Of a stretch of 64,000 bases of DNA, positions 9,197 to 19,114 are shown one piece after another. This DNA comes from Clostridia bacterium. GTDB lineage: Bacteria; Bacillota; Clostridia; Monoglobales; Monoglobaceae. The notes beneath the pieces were generated by a model, which worked only from the letters and a program-made list of their open reading frames with translations, ran no database searches and was not told the DNA's origin. Position 1 is the first letter of the stretch. Each line of letters begins with the position of its first letter. Made by a program: the position numbers and the translations under genes. The stretch spans positions 62,283 to 126,282 of the forward strand of contig JAZNFQ010000008.1 of NCBI GenBank assembly GCA_045576075.1, in the 5' to 3' direction.

Positions 9197-9610
9197 ATGG
9201 AAAATACAACTAATAACGAAATTTTCGACAATAATGGAAATGTTAACATTTCAGACGAAGTTATTTCTGTTATAGCATCTCTTGCGGCATCCGGAATAAA
9301 GGGTGTTGCGGGAATGGCAGGCGGAGCTATCGGCGGTTTCGCAGAGTTTATCGGCAAAAAGAACCCGTCAAAAGGCGTTAAAGTCGTAAAAGAGGATGAT
9401 AAGCTTACCATTGATTTGGCTATTATAGTTGAATATGGTGCAAAAATCCCCGATGTTGCATGGGAACTTCAGGATAAGGTGAAAAATGAGGTCGAATCTA
9501 TGACGGGACTTGGCGTTGTGACAGTTAATGTGTCTGTAGACGGGGTGAATGTTCCAACAACTGAAGAGGCGGTAAAAGAGCCTGAGAAAGCCGATACAGC
9601 AGAGGAGTAA
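9197..9610 (+). CDS. Asp23/Gls24-family alkaline shock protein
   Basis: 137 aa with ISDEVISVIASLAASGIKGVAGM. Confidence 0.85.
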   Translation: MENTTNNEIFDNNGNVNISDEVISVIASLAASGIKGVAGMAGGAIGGFAEFIGKKNPSKGVKVVKEDDKLTIDLAIIVEYGAKIPDVAWELQDKVKNEVESMTGLGVVTVNVSVDGVNVPTTEEAVKEPEKADTAEE

Positions 9611-9619
9611 GCTTTAAAT

Positions 9620-10018
9620 ATGAACAGAAGAGAAGCGAGAAAACAGGCGTTTTTATTATTATTTCAGTATAAGTTTCAGGCCGAAAATATGGAGAGGTTG
9701 CTCAGTGATTTCTTTGATGAAAATAAGGTCGGGGAGCAACGTGAATATATTGATGCGGTTGTACGCGGGGCGCTTGCTGAAGTTGAGGAAATTGACAGTT
9801 TAATTAACGAATATTCAAAAGGGTGGCGGGTTGACAGAATTTCATCCGTCTGCCTTGCTGCGCTCAGGCTTGGCGTATATGAGATAAAATATATGAAGGA
9901 CATACCGTCCGCTGTTTCTGTGAGTGAGGCGGTTGCACTTGCCAAGGAGTTCGAGGGGGAGGAAGCTGCACCCTTTGTAAACGGTATACTCGGCAAGCTA
10001 AAGGACAATATCGGATAG
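9620..10018 (+). CDS. nusB: transcription antitermination factor NusB
   Basis: 132 aa starting MNRREARKQAFLLLFQ. It sits in the conserved position before xseA. Confidence 0.9.
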   Translation: MNRREARKQAFLLLFQYKFQAENMERLLSDFFDENKVGEQREYIDAVVRGALAEVEEIDSLINEYSKGWRVDRISSVCLAALRLGVYEIKYMKDIPSAVSVSEAVALAKEFEGEEAAPFVNGILGKLKDNIG

Positions 10019-10038
10019 TATAAACGGGACTTAATAAT

Positions 10039-11232
10039 ATGGACGAAAGACAAGCTTTATCGGTAACACAAGTTAATCTTTACATAAAAGATGTAATATC
10101 AAGAGATGACGCGCTCTGCGATGTTTTGGTAAAGGGCGAGTTGTCTAATTTTAAGGCGCACTCTTCGGGGCATATGTATATGTCGCTCAAGGATGAGGGC
10201 GGTGTTATGCGTGCGGTTATGTTTCGGTCAGCGGCTGCAAAGCTTGCCTTTAAACCGCAGAATGGGATGAAGGTTGTGGCGCGCGGACGCATAAGTGTAT
10301 ATGAGCGCGACGGTCAGTATCAGCTATATATAGAAAATATGCAGCAAGAGGGACAGGGGGACTTGTATGCGGCGTTTGAACAGCTTAAAGCAAAACTGTC
10401 AGCAGAGGGTTTGTTTGCACCCGAGCATAAGAAGAAACTGCCCAAATATCCCAAAACTGTTGGGGTTGTTACCGCTCCTACGGGCGCTGCAATAAGAGAT
10501 ATAATAAACGTCTTGTCAAGGCGTTTTTCATATGCTGACATAGTTTTGTATCCCGTGCTTGTGCAGGGTGAAAATTCCGCGGCGAGTATTGTTGAGGCGA
10601 TAGAGTACTTTAACAACTCAAAGACGGCAGATGTTTTGATTGTCGGTAGAGGCGGCGGCCCAATTGAGGATTTGTGGTCATTTAACGAAGAAGTGGTTGC
10701 CCGCGCAATATATAACAGCGATATCCCGATTGTATCTGCAGTCGGACACGAGATAGATTTTACCATAGCGGATTTTGTGGCGGATTTGCGTGCGCCAACA
10801 CCATCTGCTGCGGCAGAATTGGTGGTTCCGTCACAGATTGAACTTGCTGAAAAGTTCAACAATGTATATCGCAGAATGTTTCAGCAATCGATGCGTGTGA
10901 TAGAAAAAGGCAGAATGAGAGTTCAGCAGTGCGAGGACAGGCAAGTCTTCAAGAACCCGCTGCGGCGGCTCGATGACAGCAGACAATATTTGGATAATAT
11001 AGCATATATGCTTGAGAGTGAATGTAAAAGCGTGGTTGGGGCAAAGCGAACAAGCCTTGCAGAAAATGCGGCTAAGCTTGATGGACTCAGCCCTTTGGGG
11101 ACTCTGGCACGCGGATACTCGCTCTCTAAAGATAAAGATGGAAACGTTCTGAAATCCGTAAATCAGGTCGAAGCTGGCGATGTTATAAGCGTTACTGTGA
11201 GCGACGGAGATATTAGGGCGGAGATAATATAA
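10039..11232 (+). CDS. xseA: exodeoxyribonuclease VII large subunit
   Basis: 397 aa. An N-terminal OB-fold is followed by the catalytic region (VGVVTAPTGAAIRDI, RGGGPIEDLW). Confidence 0.9.
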   Translation: MDERQALSVTQVNLYIKDVISRDDALCDVLVKGELSNFKAHSSGHMYMSLKDEGGVMRAVMFRSAAAKLAFKPQNGMKVVARGRISVYERDGQYQLYIENMQQEGQGDLYAAFEQLKAKLSAEGLFAPEHKKKLPKYPKTVGVVTAPTGAAIRDIINVLSRRFSYADIVLYPVLVQGENSAASIVEAIEYFNNSKTADVLIVGRGGGPIEDLWSFNEEVVARAIYNSDIPIVSAVGHEIDFTIADFVADLRAPTPSAAAELVVPSQIELAEKFNNVYRRMFQQSMRVIEKGRMRVQQCEDRQVFKNPLRRLDDSRQYLDNIAYMLESECKSVVGAKRTSLAENAAKLDGLSPLGTLARGYSLSKDKDGNVLKSVNQVEAGDVISVTVSDGDIRAEII

Positions 11233-11251
11233 GCGAAAGGTGGTATTCTTT

Positions 11252-11494
11252 ATGAGTGATGCTATAGATAAGAAAAATTTCGAGAAAAATTTAGCAGAGC
11301 TTGAAAGCGTTGTAAAGGCTCTTGAGTCAAGCGACATAAGTCTTGATGATATGATTGCTCTTTTTGAAAAGGGAGTGGGATTGACAAGAGAGTGCACAGA
11401 TGCACTGAATGCGGCTGAACAGAAGATAACGATACTTATGAAAAACCGTGACGGCGGTGAGGTAGAAGAGAAACCGTTTGATATAGAAGGATAG
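11252..11494 (+). CDS. xseB: exodeoxyribonuclease VII small subunit
   Basis: 80 aa with FEKNLAELESVVKALESSDISLDD. RBS gaaaggtgg precedes the ATG at 11252; the track start at 11240 is GTG inside the RBS. Confidence 0.9.
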   Translation: MSDAIDKKNFEKNLAELESVVKALESSDISLDDMIALFEKGVGLTRECTDALNAAEQKITILMKNRDGGEVEEKPFDIEG

Positions 11495-11516
11495 CATTTG
11501 TATTGGGGAACCGAGA

Positions 11517-12416
11517 ATGGATTTTAAAAATCAGTATAACTTATATTTAGGTGCGATAGAAAAATTAATAGACGAATATCTCAGTGTGCCTGATATTCCG
11601 CAAAAGAATGTCTTTGAGGCAATGCGCTATGCTGTTTGTGGCGGCGGTAAGAGGGTGCGACCTGTTCTTACTATGGCGGCTGCGGATTTATTCGGCGCAG
11701 ACTTAGAGGATGCGGCAAGGGTTGGCCTTGCAGTTGAATGCATCCACAACTATTCTTTGATACACGATGATTTGCCGTGTATGGACGATGATGATACGCG
11801 CAGAGGAAGAGCGACCTGCCATAAGGTGTTTGGCGAAAGCACTGCGTTGCTTGCGGGGGACGGGCTTTTGAATTTGGCGTTTGAAATCTTGTCGGACATA
11901 GCCGCTTTCAAGAGCATAGCCTGCGAAAGCCTTGTCGCAATAATTCGCAGATTGTCTGCGGCATCGGGTGTATACGGGATGATAGGTGGACAAGTTGTGG
12001 ATCTTGAAAATGAAAACCGCAGGGATGTCACTATAGACGAACTCGAGTATATGCATGGGGGAAAAACGGGTGCCTTGATTCGCGCTGCAGCTGTTTGCGG
12101 GTGCTTGTGCGCAGCTCTTGATGAAGGCGATGAAAAACTTCTGATTGTCGACAGCTTTGCAGAAAAGCTGGGCTTGGCTTTTCAGATAAAGGATGATATA
12201 TTAGATGTTGTCGGGGATGAGAAACTGCTTGGAAAACCAATCGGGAGCGACCAGAAAAGCGGCAAAAATACTTTTGTCACTCTCCTTGGTCTTGAGGAGG
12301 CTCAAAGACGGCTTTCGGATATTACGGATTCTGCAATTGATGCCACCGTGTCTTTGGGTGATGGCGCTTGGTTTTTGAATGAGCTTGCTGTTTATTTGCT
12401 CGGCAGAGATTATTAA
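11517..12416 (+). CDS. ispA: polyprenyl (farnesyl/geranylgeranyl) diphosphate synthase
   Basis: 299 aa with both Asp-rich motifs, DDLPCMDDDDTRRG and KDDILD. Confidence 0.9.
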   Translation: MDFKNQYNLYLGAIEKLIDEYLSVPDIPQKNVFEAMRYAVCGGGKRVRPVLTMAAADLFGADLEDAARVGLAVECIHNYSLIHDDLPCMDDDDTRRGRATCHKVFGESTALLAGDGLLNLAFEILSDIAAFKSIACESLVAIIRRLSAASGVYGMIGGQVVDLENENRRDVTIDELEYMHGGKTGALIRAAAVCGCLCAALDEGDEKLLIVDSFAEKLGLAFQIKDDILDVVGDEKLLGKPIGSDQKSGKNTFVTLLGLEEAQRRLSDITDSAIDATVSLGDGAWFLNELAVYLLGRDY

Positions 12417-12434
12417 AATTGGAGTTGGTTAGGA

Positions 12435-12893
12435 TTGTATTTCAGACAATTTTTAGATAATAACATATTATTTGTTGTGTTTTTTGCGTGGGCATTTTCT
12501 TGCATATTAAAGGGCGTGCTTGTGTGCATAAGGGATAAAAAGATTGATTTTACAAGATTTCTGGGCGCGGGCGGAATGCCCTCTTCTCACACAACGCTTG
12601 TAACATCTCTTGCGATATGCGTCGGTATACACGATGGCTTTGACTCAACAAGCTTTGTAATATGTGCGGCTTTTGCTTTTGTTGTTATGTATGACGCTTC
12701 GGGCATCAGGCGCGCTGCGGGACAGCAGGCGCGGATAATCAATATGATACTCGATACGTGGAATGAGAGCGACCCGCAGAAAAAGCAAATGCGCCTTAAA
12801 GAGCTGCTCGGGCATACGCCGTTTGAGGTATTCGCGGGGGCTATACTTGGAATTGCCTTTGCTATCGGGGCAAATATTCTTAATTTTATTTAG
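12435..12893 (+). CDS. divergent PAP2-family membrane protein (DUF212-like)
   Basis: 152 aa with GGMPSSHTTLVTSL and YDASGIRR. TTG start. Confidence 0.75.
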   Translation: MYFRQFLDNNILFVVFFAWAFSCILKGVLVCIRDKKIDFTRFLGAGGMPSSHTTLVTSLAICVGIHDGFDSTSFVICAAFAFVVMYDASGIRRAAGQQARIINMILDTWNESDPQKKQMRLKELLGHTPFEVFAGAILGIAFAIGANILNFI

Positions 12894-12921
12894 AAACTTA
12901 TTGATTTAAACAAAAAAATGC

Positions 12922-12950
12922 TTGCATTATTTATTTTGTTGTGATATAAT
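12922..12950 (+). promoter_or_regulatory. predicted sigma-A promoter for rpsB-tsf
   Basis: TTGCAT, 17-nt spacer, TGaTATAAT (extended -10). Confidence 0.6.
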
Positions 12951-13094
12951 ATTATGGCGTTTGGGAATTTATGATTTCCAAACCAAAATAAAAGTACGCA
13001 CGCACGATGATTGTATAGGAGTTGCCGCACACCCATGACGGTACTTATACAAAGTGATTTGTGCGGAGGTAAAAAACTATGGAGGTGTAAAATC

Positions 13095-13850
13095 ATGGGA
13101 GTAATTCAAATGAAGCAGCTTTTGGAGGCAGGTGTTCACTTCGGTCATCAGACACGTCGTTGGAACCCTAAAATGGCGGAGTATATCTTCACCGAGAGAA
13201 ATGGTATTTATATCATTGACCTTCAGAAGACAGTTAAGAAGATTGAGGAGGCATACTACTTTGTTCGTGACATCGCGGCAAACGGCGGCAACGTTTTGTT
13301 TGTAGGTACAAAGAAGCAGGCTCAGGATGCAATCCGCGAGGAAGCAGAGAGAACTGGTATGTACTTCGTAAACGCAAGATGGCTCGGCGGTATGCTTACA
13401 AACTTCAAGACCATCAAGAAGAGAATTGAAAGACTTTATCAGCTCGAAAAGATGGCAGAGGATGGCACAATGGAACTTCTTCCTAAGAAAGAAGTTATCA
13501 AACTCAACCTTGAACACGAGAAACTCGAGAAGTTCCTCGGCGGTATCAAGGAAATGAAAGACCTTCCTGCTGCAATGTTCGTAGTTGACCCGAGAAAAGA
13601 AAAGAACGCTATTGCAGAGGCTCACAAGCTCGGTATCCCCGTTATCGCAATTGTTGATACAAACTGCGACCCTGAGGAAGCTGACTACGCTATTCCCGGT
13701 AACGATGATGCTATCCGTGCGGTTAAGCTTATTGCTTCTACAATCGGTAATGCTATAATTGAGGGCCGTCAGGGCGAACAGCTCGTTCCCGAAACAGAGG
13801 AAGAGGCTGCAGCTCAAGAGGACGTTACTCTTGATATGCTCGACGACTAA
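13095..13850 (+). CDS. rpsB: 30S ribosomal protein S2
   Basis: [38 protein letters not shown] precedes the ATG at 13095. The track start at 13011 is over-extended. Confidence 0.95.
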   Translation: MGVIQMKQLLEAGVHFGHQTRRWNPKMAEYIFTERNGIYIIDLQKTVKKIEEAYYFVRDIAANGGNVLFVGTKKQAQDAIREEAERTGMYFVNARWLGGMLTNFKTIKKRIERLYQLEKMAEDGTMELLPKKEVIKLNLEHEKLEKFLGGIKEMKDLPAAMFVVDPRKEKNAIAEAHKLGIPVIAIVDTNCDPEEADYAIPGNDDAIRAVKLIASTIGNAIIEGRQGEQLVPETEEEAAAQEDVTLDMLDD

Positions 13851-13885
13851 TTAATAAATTGATTTTTAGGAAGGATTGATATAAA

Positions 13886-14797
13886 ATGGCATTTACAGCT
13901 CAGGATGTTAAAAAGCTCAGAGAAATGACAAACTGCGGTATGATGGATTGCAAAAAGGCATTGACAGAAACCGACGGCGATATGGACAAGGCTGTAGAAT
14001 TTTTGAGAGAAAAGGGCCTTGCAACTGCTGCTAAAAAAGCTGGCAGAATTGCGGCTGAGGGTATTGTTAAGGCTTATATGGAAGGCAATGTAGGCGTTTT
14101 GGTTGAGGTTAACTCTGAAACAGACTTCGTTGCAAAGAACGAGGAATTCCAGAACTTTGTTGCAGATGTTGCAAAAACAGTTGCAGCAGCTAACCCCGCT
14201 GACGTTGAGGCTCTCAAGGCTGAAAAGTGCGGCGATTCTACAATCGGCGATATGCTTACCGAGAAGATTGCAAAAATCGGTGAGAATATGAACATCAGAC
14301 GTTTTGCAAGAATTGAAACTACAGGCGTTGTTACAGATTACATTCACGCAGCAGGCAAAATCGGTGTATTGGTTGAGGCTGACGCACCTGACAATGATGA
14401 CGTAAGAGAATGCCTCAGAAACCTTGCAATGCAGATTGCAGCTCTTAACCCCAAGTACTTGTCAAGTGACGATGTATCTGAGGAATATAAGCAGCACGAG
14501 AAGGAAATCCTTATTGCTCAGCTCAAAAACGACCCGAAGAACGCTTCTAAACCCGATAACATTATCGAGAAGATGATTACAGGCCGTCTTGCAAAAGAGC
14601 TTAAGGAAATCTGCTTGCTTGAGCAGGAGTATGTTAAGGCTGAAAACAAAGAAACTGTTGCAAAGTATGTTGAGGCAGTTTCTAAGAAGATTGGCGCTGA
14701 CATCAAGGTAAAGGGCTTCACCCGTTTTGAAACAGGTGAGGGTCTTGAAAAGAGAGAAGACAACTTTGCTGACGAAGTTGCAAGCATGGTTAAATAA
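13886..14797 (+). CDS. tsf: translation elongation factor Ts
   Basis: 303 aa with a UBA-like N-terminus (VKKLREMTNCGMMDCKKAL). Follows rpsB. Confidence 0.95.
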   Translation: MAFTAQDVKKLREMTNCGMMDCKKALTETDGDMDKAVEFLREKGLATAAKKAGRIAAEGIVKAYMEGNVGVLVEVNSETDFVAKNEEFQNFVADVAKTVAAANPADVEALKAEKCGDSTIGDMLTEKIAKIGENMNIRRFARIETTGVVTDYIHAAGKIGVLVEADAPDNDDVRECLRNLAMQIAALNPKYLSSDDVSEEYKQHEKEILIAQLKNDPKNASKPDNIIEKMITGRLAKELKEICLLEQEYVKAENKETVAKYVEAVSKKIGADIKVKGFTRFETGEGLEKREDNFADEVASMVK

Positions 14798-14810
14798 TTT
14801 GCTAATCAAA

Positions 14811-14845
14811 ACACCATAGACCTGTAGGTCTATGGTGTTTTTTTG
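14811..14845. terminator. bidirectional intrinsic terminator (tsf and the convergent GIY-YIG gene)
   Basis: 12-bp stem ACACCATAGACC/GGTCTATGGTGT flanked by an A-run and a T-run. Confidence 0.85.
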
Positions 14846-15087
14846 CTTAAAATTAATTCTTCTTTTTTTGCTTTAGGTAGTTTTTTAATTTGACTCTCAA
14901 GTTTTAGTGCGGAGGACCTGTCGGGGACCTCCCATACGGCCTCGATTGAAACTACTGTGCGTGAGGCGGTGTATTTTGCGCCTTTTTTATTTTTTGCTTT
15001 ATGTTCCTCAAAGCGCCTATTTACATCTGTGGTAATACCTGTATAGAGGGAATTATCACTGCATCGCATTATATAAACATAATACAT
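14830..15087 (-). CDS. GIY-YIG nuclease-family small protein
   Basis: MYYVYIMRCSDNSLYTGITTDVNRRFEEH. The internal Met at 15087 avoids overlap with folC. Confidence 0.8.
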   Translation of the reverse strand: MYYVYIMRCSDNSLYTGITTDVNRRFEEHKAKNKKGAKYTASRTVVSIEAVWEVPDRSSALKLESQIKKLPKAKKEELILSKKTP

Positions 15088-15100
15088 ATCATCACCTATG

Positions 15101-16333
15101 CTATTTAAGACTTTTTCGCACAATTCCTGCCAGATAAAGAGAACCGCATACAACTGCCGTCCCGCTATTGCCCGCCATAGCTAAAGCGGTTTTTGCGGCA
15201 GAAATCGGGTCTTTGTCTATCTGCGCGTTGATATTGTACTTTGTAAATTCAGCTGCAATGGACTCTGCCTTCGCACATCTTGGCATATTAATTTCGGTAA
15301 CAATTATTTCGGGGGAAATTTTTGCAAGCTCTGCTATGCATCCTGTTATGTCCTTGTCTTCCATCATTGCAATACATATATATAATGGCTTATTCATCTT
15401 TGATAAAGTATTGCAAAGCTCATGCATTGCAGAGGTGTTATGCGCCCCGTCTAAAATAAGACCGCAAGATAATCTTTCCATACGTGCAGGGTTAAAGGCT
15501 GCCAGTAATCCGCCCGACAGAGCACTGTCGGGAATTAAAAATCCACTATTTCGCAGTTCATAAACAGCTGTTATTACTGTTGTTGCGTTATATTTTTGAA
15601 AATCTCCGCAGAGGGAGAGAGTATATCTCGTTCCGTCATATAAAAAGTCATTATCTTCCAGAATTTCAGGAAGACTTGGATATATAAGCCTTGCGTTTTG
15701 CCTTATGCAGAATTCTTCAATAACAGATTTTGTTTCGCAATTCTGCAGAGGATATACAATAACTTTGCCGTTTTCTTTGATTATTCCGCACTTTTCAGCG
15801 GTAATATCCGAAATCGTATCGCCAAGATATTGCATATGGTCCATACCAATTGAGGTAATTATGGACAAAATGCTCTCAGCGATAACATTTGTTGCATCAA
15901 GCCTCCCGCCGAGCCCTGTTTCAAGTATTACGATATCACACTTTTGTTGATTAAAATACTCAAAGGCGATAGCGGTATCGAGTGCAAATTCCGAAACGGG
16001 TGTATCATTTGTTTCGATTACGTTCCGGATTTTTGTTGCAATATCAGATAAAGAGGCGTTATCTATCATCTCTCCGTCAATTTTTATACGTTCATTAAAA
16101 ATCTCAATATAGGGAGAAGTAAATAGCCCTGTCTTGTAGCCTGCGCGTGTCAGGATTTCCGATAACATAATTGCACACGAGCCTTTGCCGTTCGTGCCTG
16201 CTATATGGATAAATTTTAAATTTTTTTGTGGATTGCCCAGCTTGTCGAGTAGCTTGCGCAATAAGTCATTCCCAAGAGTACGACTGAACTTTGGGGTGTT
16301 GTGTATGTAATTTATTGTTTCGGCATAGTTCAT
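15101..16333 (-). CDS. folC: folylpolyglutamate synthase / dihydrofolate synthase
   Basis: Mur-ligase P-loop HIAGTNGKGS. GGTGA RBS before the ATG at 16333; the track start at 16345 is GTG in the RBS. Confidence 0.9.
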   Translation of the reverse strand: MNYAETINYIHNTPKFSRTLGNDLLRKLLDKLGNPQKNLKFIHIAGTNGKGSCAIMLSEILTRAGYKTGLFTSPYIEIFNERIKIDGEMIDNASLSDIATKIRNVIETNDTPVSEFALDTAIAFEYFNQQKCDIVILETGLGGRLDATNVIAESILSIITSIGMDHMQYLGDTISDITAEKCGIIKENGKVIVYPLQNCETKSVIEEFCIRQNARLIYPSLPEILEDNDFLYDGTRYTLSLCGDFQKYNATTVITAVYELRNSGFLIPDSALSGGLLAAFNPARMERLSCGLILDGAHNTSAMHELCNTLSKMNKPLYICIAMMEDKDITGCIAELAKISPEIIVTEINMPRCAKAESIAAEFTKYNINAQIDKDPISAAKTALAMAGNSGTAVVCGSLYLAGIVRKSLK

Positions 16334-16386
16334 ATAGATCACCAAAATTATCAGAGGAACGCATGTATGCGTTCCTCTGAATTAAC

Positions 16387-19014
16387 TTACTTTAATTTTT
16401 CAAGACTGTCAAGAACAGCAGAGAGCATTGCTTTATATTGCTCACCCTTTTTGCGTTCTTCTTCTACAACGGCGGCAGGTGCCTTGTCGGTAAAGCCCTT
16501 GTTTGAGAGCTTGCCGTCAACGCGCTTTATCTCGCCTTCAAGACGGGTCTTCTCTTTTTCAAGACGCTCAATCTCTTTTGCCTTGTCTACAAGGTCATCA
16601 AGAGGGAGGAGGAATTCCCCGCCCGGAGAAGCAACAGAAACGGAATTTTCAGGTATACCGTCTTTATTATCACATATAACAACCTCGGATGCTGATGCAA
16701 GCTTTGTATAGAATATACTGCCCGCGTTGAAAAGCTCAGACCTTTCGGTAACAATAAAGAGCTTCGCCTTCTTTGAGGGGGGCACGTTCATCTCGTTGCG
16801 AATATTTCTGATGCCCTTTATCGATTCCATAATAATCTGCATTGCCTCACAGGACACTTTATCCTCAAATTCAGCAGTATATGTCGGGAAGGCAGATATC
16901 ATAATACTCTCGCCATCGTGCGGAAGAGCCTGCCATATTTCCTCGGTGATAAACGGCATAAACGGATGCAAAAGCTTCAGTGTGTTTGACAGAACGTATA
17001 CAAGTGTATTCTGTGCAACAAGGTTGCTTTCATTATCCTGGCTGAATCTCGGCTTTACAAGCTCTATATACCAGTCGCAGAACTTGTCCCAAATAAAGTC
17101 ATAAAGTTTAGAAACTGCAACGCCAAGCTCGTATTTTTCAAGGTTTTCAGTAACCTCGCGTACAAGCTCGTTATACTCGTGAAGTATCCATTTATCCTCA
17201 AGCTCAAGCTTTGAAGGATCAGGAGTGGTACACTTATTGATTGTAAGATTCATCATTACAAAGCGGGATGCATTCCAAATCTTGTTAGCAAAGTTTCGGC
17301 TTGCCTCTACGCGCTCCATATAAAAACGCATGTCATTACCGGGCGAATTACCGCTGGCAAGTGTAAATCTCAATGCGTCTGCACCATACTGCTCAATTAT
17401 CTCAAGGGGGTCAATACCATTTCCCAAAGATTTGCTCATTTTTCTGCCTTGGCTGTCGCGTACAAGACCGTGAATATAAACATCCTTAAATGGTACCTCT
17501 CCCATATGCTCAAGCCCTGAGAAAATCATTCGTGCAACCCAGAAGAAGATGATGTCATAGCCTGTAACCAAAACTGATGTTGGATAGAAATGCTCAAGCT
17601 CGGGTGTCTTTTCGGGCCAGCCCAGAGTTGAGAAAGGCCAAAGCGCAGATGAGAACCAGGTGTCAAGCACATCGGGGTCCTGCTTAACAGAGGCTCCGCA
17701 TTTTGGACAAGTTGTTATGTCTTCTTTAGAAACAATAGTTTCGCCGCAAGCATCACAATAGAAAGCGGGAATACGATGTCCCCACCAGAGTTGACGGGAA
17801 ATACACCAATCGTGTACATTTTCCATCCAATGTGAGTATGTCTTTGCAAAGCGGTCAGGGATAAATCTTGTGTCGCCTGTCTTAACAGCGTCAGCGGCGG
17901 GCTTTGCAAGCGGTTCCATCTTGACAAACCACTGTTTTGAGGTGATAGGCTCTACAGTCGTGCCGCAACGGTAACATTGACCGACGTTATGCGTATGCGG
18001 AATTACCTTTACTAGAAGTCCTTCTGCCTCCAAATCGGCAACCATAGCCGCTCTCGCTTCGTAGCGGTCCATACCCTTGTATTTCCCGCCAAAGTCATTT
18101 ATAGTAGCATCATCATTCAGCACCTTAATCTGCTCAAGGTTATGACGCAAACCAACCTCAAAATCGTTGGGGTCGTGTGCGGGTGTAATTTTAACACAGC
18201 CCGTACCGAATTCCTTATCAACATAATCATCCGCAATTACGGGGATTTCTCTGCCGACAAGGGGAAGAATAAGAGTCTTTCCGACAAGATGCTTGTATCT
18301 CTCGTCGTCAGGGTTAACTGCAACCGCTGTATCACCAAGTAATGTTTCAGGACGTGTTGTTGCAATTTCCACAAACTCGTCGCTATCCTTTATGGGATAT
18401 TTTATGTGCCAGAAGTAGCCATCTTGCTCTGAATACTCAACCTCTGCATCAGAGAGTGCGGTGGTACAGTTGGGACACCAGTTTATTATGCGGTTGCCCT
18501 GATATATAAGACCCTTTTCGTAAAGGTTGACAAATACCTCGCGTACAGCCCTGCTGCAGCCTTCATCCATCGTAAATCTCTCTCTGTCCCAATCACAGGA
18601 GCAACCGAGGGTTTTGAGCTGATTAATAATACGGCCACCAAACTTTTCTTTCCATGCCCATACACGCTTTAAAAATTCATCGCGACCAAGGTCGTGACGT
18701 GTCAAGCCTTCATTTACACGCAAATCCTCTTCGACCTTTATCTGTGTCGCAATCCCCGCGTGGTCTGTGCCGGGAATCCAAAGGGCATTATATCCCTGCA
18801 TTCTCTTTGTGCGGATAATAATATCCTGAAAGGTTTCATCAAGGGCATGTCCCATATGGAGCTGCCCCGTAACATTTGGCGGGGGAATAACAATAGTAAA
18901 CGGCTCCTTTGACTTATCCACTTCTGCGTGGAAGTAACCCTTGTCACACCAATTTTGATAAATTCTCTTCTCGACCTGTTTGGGGTCGTATGTCTTTGGC
19001 AATTCTTTTGCCAC
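16387..19014 (-). CDS. valS: valine--tRNA ligase
   Basis: HIGH-type motif (LHMGHAL), KMSKSLGN, and a C-terminal coiled coil. The AAGGAG RBS overlaps the first GTG (19023), so the GTG at 19014 is the more likely start. Confidence 0.95.
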   Translation of the reverse strand: MAKELPKTYDPKQVEKRIYQNWCDKGYFHAEVDKSKEPFTIVIPPPNVTGQLHMGHALDETFQDIIIRTKRMQGYNALWIPGTDHAGIATQIKVEEDLRVNEGLTRHDLGRDEFLKRVWAWKEKFGGRIINQLKTLGCSCDWDRERFTMDEGCSRAVREVFVNLYEKGLIYQGNRIINWCPNCTTALSDAEVEYSEQDGYFWHIKYPIKDSDEFVEIATTRPETLLGDTAVAVNPDDERYKHLVGKTLILPLVGREIPVIADDYVDKEFGTGCVKITPAHDPNDFEVGLRHNLEQIKVLNDDATINDFGGKYKGMDRYEARAAMVADLEAEGLLVKVIPHTHNVGQCYRCGTTVEPITSKQWFVKMEPLAKPAADAVKTGDTRFIPDRFAKTYSHWMENVHDWCISRQLWWGHRIPAFYCDACGETIVSKEDITTCPKCGASVKQDPDVLDTWFSSALWPFSTLGWPEKTPELEHFYPTSVLVTGYDIIFFWVARMIFSGLEHMGEVPFKDVYIHGLVRDSQGRKMSKSLGNGIDPLEIIEQYGADALRFTLASGNSPGNDMRFYMERVEASRNFANKIWNASRFVMMNLTINKCTTPDPSKLELEDKWILHEYNELVREVTENLEKYELGVAVSKLYDFIWDKFCDWYIELVKPRFSQDNESNLVAQNTLVYVLSNTLKLLHPFMPFITEEIWQALPHDGESIMISAFPTYTAEFEDKVSCEAMQIIMESIKGIRNIRNEMNVPPSKKAKLFIVTERSELFNAGSIFYTKLASASEVVICDNKDGIPENSVSVASPGGEFLLPLDDLVDKAKEIERLEKEKTRLEGEIKRVDGKLSNKGFTDKAPAAVVEEERKKGEQYKAMLSAVLDSLEKLK

Positions 19015-19062
19015 AAAAATCACTCCTTATATGTTATGGTATGCCTATAAGCATACCATAAC

Positions 19063-19091
19063 ATTTTATCACATATTGACTGTCTGTGCAA
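19063..19091 (-). promoter_or_regulatory. predicted sigma-A promoter for valS
   Basis: Minus strand: TTGCAC, 17-nt spacer, TGaTAAAAT. Confidence 0.5.
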
Positions 19092-19114
19092 GAACTTTTT
19101 GCACAAATATAATA

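Noticed and set aside
13077-13817. 246-aa antisense ORF opposite rpsB, and similar ORFs at 13847-14347 and 14462-14809 opposite tsf
   Set aside because: They lie opposite highly conserved ribosomal and translation genes. The translations are Cys/Leu/Phe-rich nonsense composition with no start context.
16352-16381. Perfect 14-bp palindrome TCAGAGGAACGCAT/ATGCGTTCCTCTGA between valS and folC, considered as a special regulatory site
   Set aside because: It is most simply a partial terminator or processing hairpin between two co-oriented genes. It has a weak U-tract and nothing else distinctive.
19024-19114. T-box leader upstream of valS
   Set aside because: The intergenic space is only 91 nt. 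No specifier-loop/T-box (AGGGUGGNACC-like) sequence is present.
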